Below, one piece after another: positions 22,273-32,832 of a stretch of DNA of 64,000 nucleotides. Each line of letters starts with the position of its first letter. The first letter of the stretch is position 1. The notes under the pieces were generated by a model. That model ran no database searches. It was not told the DNA's origin and saw nothing but the letters and a program-made list of their open reading frames with translations. The translations under genes were made by a program, and so were the position numbers. This DNA is from Utricularia gibba (lineage: Eukaryota; Plantae; Magnoliophyta). The stretch covers positions 4,650,001-4,714,000 of the forward strand of contig NEEC01000004.1 of the NCBI GenBank assembly GCA_002189035.1. The letters are read 5' to 3'.

Positions 22273-24882
22273 CTATGATCCATCGCCCCATGCGGAAAAA
22301 AGCGGCATTTGAGGCCTCATCTGCGTCGCCGGAATCCAGGAACTTGTGGGTGTTGTCGAAACCGGCAGAAAATTCGGCCCTATCGGGGGCTGCGGAATCG
22401 CAAATCCCAATGGATACCCATTGTTCCGATCTGGGCTCCCTTCTCTTGAGCTGCTGAAACTTGTAACCAACGACGAGGCATTCGACAAATGCCCTGTAAT
22501 TTTAACCTCAGATTCGTCGCCGCCTAGTTGATCGCCGGCGATAGCTTCAATACCCATCATCGCCGATGATGAATTTGGGAGGATGCCGAAATTTTCAGGG
22601 ACGGCCTTCTGATGATACAGAACCATTCGCCAATCGTTGTTGCTCTTCGAAGATGGGTTCAAATCTACGTTGTCGTTCGGGTAACTGGGGAGTGCGAGCG
22701 TGGGCTCGTTCGCCGTGATTCCTTCTTTACTCCGCCGCGCAGTTTCGCCGGAAAGTAGCGTATTGCTCTCCATGATGCGCTCAACGTCGTAACGGGAGAT
22801 ATCAAAATTCGTAACGGCGTTTACGCCCCGGAATTTGATTGCCGCCACGTCGTACGCCTCCGCAGCTTCTTCCTGAGTACCTAATACCATGTTCTAAGCA
22901 TCAGCAAATCTTCACTGAATGAACGAAAACACTTTCTGGGTAATCGGAATCCTTACTGAACGTCCCCAGATAAAGATCCTTGTTCCCAGCAACTCTGCCG
23001 ATTCTAGCTTGCCAACGCCCATGCTGATGATGTCTGCTAGAGAAGAAGTTGAACGCAGAGATGAGAATGAAAGTTAAAAGTGTCATTCGAGTTAAGAGTG
23101 CATTAAGACCTGGTAACTCCTCTGTAAATCGAAGCTCCCCTTGAAAAACCGCTGCTTTTCCTGCAAAAATGCAATCTTTAATATTCAAAGCTACTCTGGT
23201 TTCAAAATGGGGAAGAAGCAAACTTCAGTCACCTTCTCAGGTGGGCAACATACTCCTGTCTGCTCATGTTCTTCATTTCTTCCAGTTCTTGTTGGTAATT
23301 CTCTAGCTGAATTCATCTTACAGTGTCAGATATTTCAACCATCAACAGTAAGGAAATGCAGTAAAAGTAATCACCACTTACAGGAAAATTGATGTGAGTA
23401 GAAGGTCCCCAGTACTTCAGTGCTGCTAGATCATAAGCTCTTGCTGCTTTTTCCTCCATATCGTATCCACCTGCACTCTTCATTTGTTAGTTTACACGAA
23501 GAACGTGAAGTGAGGAGTAAAAACAGAGCATGGAAGGAAAATTTACCTAAATAAACTGGAACAAGTTCATCCATGTAGCAGGATTTGGGAGAACCAAAAG
23601 AAGCTTAGTTAGTGAATCAAAACGTGCTTAGAATGTGTGCTTTCATGGGAGGATTTTTACCTTGTCTCCCCTTTCTGCTTTGGCCTTCTTTCTTACAGCT
23701 GTTGTCCCACAGATGAGCTTCGTATCTCCCAGTCCATCTATGTCTGTATGTACATTCCAGATTTCAGATTTCAAACTAACAAAAGAACTTGTAAAAATGG
23801 AGGCTGTAAGGAAGAAAGACAAAACCTTGTGACCCCTCTGTACTGGGAAGTCCTTTGTCCAAACGTATCGATAGATTTGCGGTGAACAATCTGCTTCTGA
23901 TCAACTTTCTCGGGACCCCTTTTCTTATTCTCCAGAGCCATGCACTCAGCCATTGAAGCTTGAACATGGTGAGCGCCGCCGCCATTGACACAGCTTGATT
24001 GCGAACCAGGGCTCATAGACAAGCTCAAAGAGTGCAAATCCCCATAACCAAGAGAACCCATTGCTGCAGATTCGGAAGCGCTTGCCTCGCCACAAAGAGC
24101 CATCTTTTGGTTTTCTTGGTACCTTCTTGAAACCCAGTTTTTCATTCCGGAGATTTCATCATCAGTCATCGCTGCAGGGGGGTGAAGACTGAATTGGGAA
24201 TCCTTGGGAGCCTCTGTCTGTGAAGTTTGATACATTTCTTGCCCCGGAAAGGTGGGTAATCTGTGAATTCTTGAACCTGGATGTGATGATGCCTTGAGGT
24301 TTCCTGGTGATGATGCCCTGAAAAATCATGGCCATTGTTGGCTTGGTTTTCAGGGTTTTGTTGATAGTACATACTGTCAAGGCTGAGCGCCATTCCTCCT
24401 CTGTCAAAGTGATGGGTCCCCATCGCTATTCCACCGAAGAAATCCTCCAGTTTTGGGGTTGAATTCACCATACCTCCACAGTGAAAAACCAAACAAAAGA
24501 TCAGTATATTCACCGCCAAGGTAAAATTTTTTCCAGGTAAATCAGACAAACCTTGAGGCTGCGACCTGTTGATGGCTTCCATTAAGCACAATGAGCCATC
24601 AGATTTCAGTGGCATAACGATCAAAGGTGAGTTCATTCCAGCATTTTCACCTTCAACGCCTCCGTAGTAAATCCCTGGAAAGGCAAAGCTGGAGGAAGGG
24701 AAACTCAGAGGAACTACAGAACTACTTGAGACTTGATTCGGACAAGGCTGTTGCTGCTGCTGTTGTTGTTGTTGTTGCTGATGATGATGATGAGCTGATG
24801 CTGAAGCTTCCATGTTAGAACAACCAGAAAGCGAGAACCCCAACCAGTTATTGGTGTTGCTGTTGTTACTCTCACTACTCAT
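22273..24882 (-). CDS. ANT: AINTEGUMENTA (euANT double-AP2 transcription factor)
   Basis: [56 protein letters not shown] microexon, [31 protein letters not shown]-terminal PLFSAW. One-base frameshift at 24242-24245. Confidence 0.95.
23547..23555 (-). other. 9-nt microexon (TTTATTTAG) encoding the VYL of ANT AP2 repeat 1
   Basis: The minus strand reads gttccag|TTTATTTAG|gtaaat; phase 1 on both sides joins KGRQ to GGYDMEE. Confidence 0.92.
24748..24792 (-). repeat. Coding trinucleotide repeat in ANT (His4-Gln11)
   Basis: Mixed CAG/CAA codons x11 preceded by CAT x4 on the minus strand. Confidence 0.9.
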
Positions 24883-27800
24883 GTCTCTATGAATCTTCTT
24901 GTATTCCCAACTTCAGACAGAAAAAAGAGAAAAAGGGAAGATTCTGGGCAAGTTCTCTCAAGTTGCACGAAAGCAAGTCAATCATTGGAAGGAAATAAAA
25001 TAATGATCATGTCTAAAACGCACAACACATTACACACAGAAACACCCCTCCCTCACTCACTCTCTATTTGAAATAACTCTCCCCCCTTCTCTTGGATTCT
25101 TCCCATTTCTTTTGTTTTGTAGCTGCAGACAAAGGAAAATCTTAAACGAAATCTAGTCCAAAGCAAATGTGTCTGAATCTATAGTCTCTTTCTTTTGCTT
25201 TTTTTCCCCTCTGAAAAGATTTCTAAAGAGAACAAAGCAACGTCCTTTAAACTAAACAAAAAGAATGAGTTCCAGCATACAATGCTTGGAATCCCTACTG
25301 CATTCCATTGGGATCTGCGCTCGATAAATCCATCTTTGATCCACTTTTTTTTAATTAACAAAAAAAACTTGCATTTATTTCCCAGCAGCAGCAGGCTACG
25401 CTTCCGCAGACCACAGCTATGATTCATTTTCACTTCTTCAAACAGACACACAAAGCACCCTTAGGTCCAAAGCAGGTTTCCCAATATTGCCGACGTGATA
25501 AAAACCAGTTCTTTTCTGCAGGATATTGTGAACAGCCCCCCCATCGCAGTACCCAGAGAAACTGATGCCTGTGATGCTGCAAAAACATTAACTGCACACC
25601 ATTCGTACATGGTAATGAAAAGATTAAATATTGATCCCATAATTTAATACGATTAGACAAATGCAAATGTGGGTTGTCTCAGTCCCACGTTGTCACTCCC
25701 ACCCTCCAGAACTAAACATAAGGACATCATCATCTACGTGTAATGAAGAATCCCATTACTTGTGAGCTGACCAATTCCTCTGAGAAGATATCTTAGCATA
25801 GATTTCTTCAGGGCCAGAGGACAAACTGTGTTTCTGGTTTCTGCCCACGACCAAGTACTCTACTACTAGGCCTCTCTCTACCTATCCTGCATAGCTAGCA
25901 TTTGTTTTTATTGGGGCAAAGTGTGGGCAGCGCAGGCCTAATCGAAGATGCCCCCATGAAAAGCAGAAACACAGACTTTCACCGAAACTTCCTGATCACA
26001 ATACTAATGACACTTATACGACCCTAAAACACTCCTAATATGATCTGTTTAAGGTTCATCCTTGAAGTAGGGTCAAAGTGGGTGAAGAATGTAGGAAAGG
26101 AGGGAGGAGAGGGAGGGAGGGGAAAGTTTTGTCTTTGTTTGACCAATACATATTCTCCTGTTTTCTTTTTAGGACGACAGAGGAGGAGATATCCTCCACG
26201 CCGCGCCTATGTCCAAAGGTGGTCGTTGGGGGCACTTCCCCAAACCCCCTTCCCCATCTTTGTACGTTTTTGCTGTCAACTCTTCTTTTCTTTTGTCTGT
26301 CAGCTTAACTCCGTAAACTATCCTTAAACACGTCTGTTCAGAGCAAGGAATCACTTAAAACTGGATGTTTAGACTTTCTTTTTTTGCACACAAAGGGAGG
26401 AGAGAGTGCTCCCTCTTCTTCTTCTCCATTTTTTTCCTTGCTTGCCTCCCACCAACAAATATGAGGATATGCATGCTTTATTTTAACTGAATGTCCTTCA
26501 AAAGCAACGGGCAGGTGGTGATGCGGGGGACCTCTCATTCATGTACCTACTGCCAGGCTTTACTTTTAGCCCCTCCATTTATTTGCATTTTGCTAATACT
26601 ACCCCCACTTTTGAACCCCAAATAATGATCCCCCCCAGTTGACCCAACCCAACCCTGTATTAACATTAATGACGTCATTATTTGAATTAACAATTAAATA
26701 AACCCCAGCTGCTGCTCTCCATCTCTGCAACTTCATCGGAGAGACCCGACCCGACCCGAAAAGCGACCGTCTAAAGGCAAACTACTGCTGCTCCTTTGGC
26801 TGTCACTTTGGCACAGGAATCCACTCATTCATTCCTTCAGGAAGGAACCCCATGCATCATCATCTATTCTCTGGGTGCGCGGGGCGGGGCCGGGTTTTAA
26901 GTGGTTCTTGTGATCAGACGCCATTACTGAAGGCTAAGTAAAGTGATTAGCAGCGTCACCAATGCCAATGCCAATGCCCGGCCTGACAGACAGGGCAAGG
27001 AAGAAGGAAGGGAACCCGGCACTCATTTACTCCGAGGGGGAAGTCAACGAGGATGGGGACGTCACAACTGAAATAGCAAGAGTGGAGAGGGTGCATGAGA
27101 GGTAAAGCTCTCTGCGAAACTTACCCTTTTTCGTAAAGAAAAGAAAAGATAAATAAAGACTGGTGAAGGGAGAGGAGGAAGAGGAGTTTGTTTTCACCAT
27201 TTCTACATTTCTTTTCTCAGCCATTAAAGAGGTGTTCATTTAAGAGCCAAGAAACCCATCTCTGCTTCTGAAGATTGTCAGCCTCCAAATTAAGCACCCT
27301 CCTCGTCATGTCACGATCACCGTTGGATTCTCCCAATCTCGATGCCCAGTCCGGCCGGTGCTTTCTCCCCTCCCCTCGCCCCCTTTCTTTTTTTCTTTTC
27401 AATTCAAGGGCTGGGAGTTACTGCGACGAGTGGAGTCAATCATACTTCACAACTACAGCTAACAGACACACCCATCGCCGCCCTCTCCCGTCAATTATTA
27501 CGACCTGGATCGACTTATTATATCTCTTCAATGCTTTTTCTTTAAAAAAAATATTTAAAAGTTTTTGTAATATAAATAGTGAGCAAGGAAGGAAAATTAA
27601 TTGATTTAAAAAATGACCATTATATATATGACATGTTGTGATAAAAATGATTATTTTTAATATTATTTTTTTATTTTTTGTTTTAAATATTAAAATGTGG
27701 GGATCCATGGATCTGAAGAATGGGCAGTTATCCAACGGATTTGACCCCACCCCACAAATAAAAATTAATGGGAGGAAGTCGGCTGGTGGATGGGTGAACT

Positions 27801-28613
27801 GGGCCCACGACGGTACGTATTTAATTTAATCACAAGGCCGAACTACGAGTTCAAGAGCCCAATAAGGCCCAACAAGGACTGCTGATTTGGTTTGGTTCAG
27901 GAGCTAGGGCTTGGCGTCGTGACATGAGCAGCGATGAACAACGTCGGAGAACGGACGGAATCTCCTCCTCCGCGGAGGAGGATGATCGTCCTGTACGCGT
28001 TTCTCTGATCTCCCTAGTTCCATACACATACGCACGAAGGTGTCGGTGTGGGCGGACTGAAGCCTTGTACCTCTACGCACCCACCCACCTATGACGTCCC
28101 ACCTCGCCGAAGGGTCGAGGAGAAGGGACTTATGCGAATGTTAAATTGATCACAAATGTGAGAAAGGATGAGATTAAAAGAATGATCATACAAATCTAGA
28201 ACTGAGGCTTTTTTTCCAACATGGTGGAACATACCAAGGATAATTAGAGGATGGGTCACCCCTTTCGAAGTTATACGGACGGGATGTGGAAAAAATGTAA
28301 AACTATGAAGATTGGGTTTCCAAAACGGATAATATCGTGTAAGTGTGCGCATGTCATTACACCCACCAGGTCTTCGTTGAAAGTACCCAATGAGAAGTAA
28401 CCGTGTATTTAAAACTTTTTTATCGCATGATTTTTTATAATATTCAATATTTAATTTTAAAAAAAATCATTTCCATATGAAACAGTAAAAGCCAAGAGAA
28501 TAGCGTAATGGGAAAGTTAAATGTACGTTAGAGGTAACAAATACAATGAAATAAGAAGCCACATGCCCCCTCGTTGGAAAATGGAGGATTTAAATCAGAC
28601 CGATCAACCCGGC

Positions 28614-30370
28614 TTATTTAACTAACTTTGGGTTCGCAATTTTCAGGGCATCGTTCTGCAAAGGGATGCCGTCGTTCTTCTTCTTTTGCAGCCGTAATGC
28701 GATCATCAATCCCTTGATGAATCCTCTGCCGGATCTCTTCTCCTTTTCAGACGATGATTCATCGGTCATAGACGCCGGCTGTGACTTCATATCACGGTAA
28801 CTGATTGAGGAAATGGAACCTTTTTGGTTTCTTTCGATTTTTCTGCCATCGGAGATTAATCGGAAGCTCGCGGATCGGCCGGAGTCGATCCTGCTGCGCA
28901 TGGATTCGGATTCGCTCAGGAGTTTCCTCATCGTGCTTAATTCTTTCTCCAGGAGCTGTATTCGCGAATTGGTGGCGTTCATGGCGGCTTTTAGGTCAGC
29001 CACTTGACGGAGAGCCGCTTCGTGTTGGAGAATGGAGCCTAGAGTCACTGGATCCTCTTTTTTGCCCTGCTTTTTGATCTGATGGGGATCGGAGATAATG
29101 TAATGGCGGGTGTTGAGTTGTTCCATGAACATAGCTTGGAGGACAAACCTCAGAGGCATTGCTGAGTTATTCACCGCGTGCATCAGCACTCTTGGAGATA
29201 GTATGCTGCAGTCGATGTAATTACACATCTGAGTTTTCTGATCTTCGTTCACCTTCCCCATGTTTCCCTGAATTGATGAAATTAATGACAACGTGATGCT
29301 CTGAAATTGCAGGTGTAACGGAAAGGGAGGTTTACCTTCAGATGAATATCGATGATCGTGTAAAGAATATCGTGGCTTTGACCGAGGCGGCGACTTAGGG
29401 CAGATAAAATCAAATCCAATTCATCAATTGTTACCCATTTGAATCCATCTAGGCAGCTGAGATCCCTGCCTTCGCCGCCGATCGTGATGCTCCACGTCTC
29501 CAAGCATCTGCTAACTAGCGCTGCCGCCGTCTCCGCCTCCGGGAGGAGTGAGAAGCACGATTCCAGAACAATCGACGCGCACTCTCCGTTAACGTCGACT
29601 ACTCTGCGTAGGTAATTTTCCGTTTTCTGCAACAGGTTCTCGTCCCCGGAGGCCGAGATCGCGGTCATCCCCAGGATCTCCGCCGCCGTCCGTAGCGCAG
29701 CGACGTTGAACGGCGTTATGGCGAGGTCGGCGCCGTAACAGAAATCTGCCACCAACGAGAACGTCTGCGCCGTTAAATTTAACGGCGGCGCGAGCGTTAT
29801 CTCCGGGACGTCGTTAAGATGCCGTCGCAAATACTCACTCCTCGCAATCAATGGCTTCTGTAGAAAACAGAGACAAGTAAATGCAGCATCACCACCATCT
29901 GCAGTAAGTTTCAGAACCTTTTCACCTTCACATTTACTCAAAGCTTAACGATTCCTAACATTAACAAATCTCCAGTTGCCATCAAAACACTGGTGATTCT
30001 CCTCCACTAATGGCACTGAAAGTTACTCCCAATGCAGAACCAAAGAGACGAAACAAAGAACCTGATGAAGACGGAAGCATGCGTCCTGCACATAAACGTT
30101 CACTTCTTGATCCCGGGGCACCATTGGCCTGAGAGCCAAATCCTGATCCCTCATTCTTCACTCGATTGGAAAATTGAGGTCAGATTCGCACTCGAAGATG
30201 AAACAATGCAGAGAGAATCCAAGTCCCTACCTGGAGATCTGGGTGGCAGTGGAGGAGACGCTGAATTCAGGGGTGTTGATGTAGGAGGAAGACAGGTCTT
30301 CATCTTCTTCATAGATGGTTCCCATTCCAAGTACGTCCAGTTCATCCCAGCTTCTGCTTCCAATCTCCAT
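28614..30370 (-). CDS. BTB/POZ NPH3-like protein (At3g49900 type), 4 exons
   Basis: Exon 1 MEIGSRSWDELDVLGMGTIYEED; exon 2 EVNVYVQDACFRLHQ; exon 3 KPLIARSEYLRR..FSLVADFCYG..SHDILYTIIDIHLK; exon 4 IDCSILSPRVLMHAVNNSAMPLRFVLQAMF. Confidence 0.88.
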
Positions 30371-31132
30371 TGTTAGACTACCTCGAATCGCAGTAGTGCT
30401 GCAACGGCGGACCAGACTCTCAGGAAGAAGGGGGTGTTGGGGAAGAACCAGGAATGGAGATGTCTGCGTGGTGTTGGTGAAGGCAATTAAGGTTGGGTAG
30501 TGAGGTATAATAAATGCTTGTCGAGGAGCCTCGCTCAACCCTGGACATGGAAACTTAATTGCATGTGCCTACGGTATTTGGTATGGATTCGTATAAGTCC
30601 ACTAATGATGCTGACCAACATCCTTCCATATACGGTGGCCTCACATGGAGTCTACGCAGCAGGTACCTTGAAGCAGGCCCTAATCTGAACGCAGACGTTG
30701 ATGTGTTACCAGAATAGATCATCTCAATGGGCCTCAGGTCCAACAAAAGCCCAGCATCATCCCGTTGGAACAGGTGGCATTCCATTCCATTGGATTTAAT
30801 TAAATTCAAAATCAATCTAAAATTAATTAAATTCAAAATTTAAAAAAAAAACTTAAAATTGTATTCGGTTCGAAAAATATGAATAAAATCATATTTAAAT
30901 GTAATATTCTAATTTTTTGATGAGTAGATACAATTTTTTATTAAAGTAATTGTTGCATCTATGTTGAGATAATTTACATGTTTATTCATAATTAGACATA
31001 TTAGTTATTTTATCTTTATAAATAAAAAATAATGATAAAAAAATTATTACGCCTATGGAAAAAAATTCATTTATTTTATTTAATAATATGTATGTGCTGT
31101 GAAAAAAAGAGAATATTTTAAATCTAAAGGAG

Positions 31133-31337
31133 ATGTTTGATAGATGAGTTAACTATTTAAGTATTTATGTATTGATAACAATGTATATTTTGTAGATTAA
31201 TTTAATAGTACACGAGTATTTTACAAAATTATTGTAAAACATTTCAAAGTGAGTATTTTAAAAACCACATTCTTGTTGGATTTTGTTAAATAATTCAATT
31301 TATAATGTATTTTTTTTAAACAAATCTACCAACACAT
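31133..31337 (+). mobile_element. MITE-like dispersed repeat (Tourist/PIF-like TGTTTG end), copy 1
   Basis: Core 31219-31337 aligns to 49441-49558 at about 79% by hand count; imperfect terminal inverted repeat ATGTTTGATAGAT ... ATCTACCAACACAT. No TSD confirmed. Confidence 0.55.
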
Positions 31338-31465
31338 ATTATTATTTAAATTAAAACTAATTTGAAACATGGAATTAAAATTCAAGTTTAATTGAAATAA
31401 CAAATAATTCAATCCAAATTGAATGAATTGAACTGAAACATCTGATTTTCTTTAAAGCACACTCG

Positions 31466-31575
31466 TGGGCCTACTGCTTAAGCCCATGGTCCAATAGATT
31501 GGGCTTCCGTTCCTCTTTTAAATGCACTAGAAACCCTACCAATGTGCTGCTTCACGGATCAGACGGAACCCTAGC
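31466..31575 (+). promoter_or_regulatory. Ribosomal-protein-type promoter module: three site II elements plus telo-box
   Basis: TGGGCC 31466, AGCCCA 31481, TGGGCT 31500, AAACCCTA 31531-31538 and a second AACCCTA near 31567, directly before RPL26. Confidence 0.8.
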
Positions 31576-31593
31576 ACCAGCGGCGACGAAGAG

Positions 31594-32034
31594 ATGAAGT
31601 ACAATCCCCGAGTCACCTCTTCCCGGCGGAAGAATCGGAAGGCTCATTTCACGGCGCCGTCGAGCGTCCGCCGTGTGATTATGAGCGCGCCGCTCACCCG
31701 GGATCTCCGTACCAAGTACAATGTTAGATCGATGCCGGTGAGGAAGGACGACGAGGTGCAGGTCGTTCGGGGGACCTACAAGGGGCGTGAAGGTAAGGTT
31801 GTGCAGGTGTATCGCAAGAAGTGGGTTATCCACATCGAGCGCATCACTCGGGAGAAGGCAAATGGCTCCACCGTCAATGTCGGTATTCATCCCTCGAAGG
31901 TTGTCATCACCAAGCTCCGCCTCGACAAAGATCGTAAATCGCTCCTTGACCGCAAGGCGAAGGGACGCGCGGCAGTGGACAAGGACAAGGGTACCAAATT
32001 CACCGCTGAAGACATCATGCAGACCATCGATTAG
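31594..32034 (+). CDS. RPL26: 60S ribosomal protein L26 (uL24), intronless
   Basis: [58 protein letters not shown]; 146 aa. Confidence 0.98.
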   Translation: MKYNPRVTSSRRKNRKAHFTAPSSVRRVIMSAPLTRDLRTKYNVRSMPVRKDDEVQVVRGTYKGREGKVVQVYRKKWVIHIERITREKANGSTVNVGIHPSKVVITKLRLDKDRKSLLDRKAKGRAAVDKDKGTKFTAEDIMQTID

Positions 32035-32832
32035 TCGATTGGTTATTCGGTCAGTTGTTTTGGATTTTCATCAAGTGCCTGTTGAACACAGTGATTACGA
32101 CTCTTGTTTCCTGAACCCTTTTGAGTTGTTACTCTATCGATTGCATTTTGAATTCTTCTACTCTAAACTCGTATCATTTCCTGTTGTCAAGCACCTGCTC
32201 CTTCGTGCATTCAATATTCGCTGTGTTCATCTTCGTTTTGCTTGCCATTGAACTCGATATAATGCCACAGCTTTCTAAACTCTATGCTGATTCCGTGCGC
32301 GATCTGGGCTGTTTAGAAATAGTCTGATGGAACGAAATCCCCCCATCTGCGGTAGGGCTTTCCATTTTGCTTCCTGTTTTCGAGATTTCCCTAACGAAGT
32401 AGAGGTTTACTGGTATCATCAGAATCCTCAGACCGGGGCTAGCCTAATTTTCTGCAGCGAGTACTTAATCTTTGGATTTCGACCATTCCCGCAGCTCGCC
32501 CTGAAGAACTGTCCTGCCTTCATTGAAGTTGCCACCGTCGCGATGGTTCGAACGTCTTTTCTGCAGGGCGGTTTTTAGCATACTTTTGAACTTGTTAATA
32601 AAGGAATTGATGAAATAACGTAGGGGGGCTGGGTTGTAGTATGATCAATTTATTCATAGAAGCTTCTAGGAAGCTTCGAAAACCCTCCCAGCACGTCACG
32701 CCCATCATCAGACTTCTTCATGGTCACCGTTTCCCACTATGACATGCTCTGAAACTTCTCGTAATGGCAATGCCGCGTACTCCGGGCATAAAGAGGCTGA
32801 ACCTTGCACCGTGGAGCTTCAAGGTTGCTGCA

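Noticed and set aside
25682-25693. GTCCCACGTTG resembling the plant snRNA upstream sequence element
   Set aside because: Two mismatches, no correctly spaced TATA box and no recognisable snRNA downstream.
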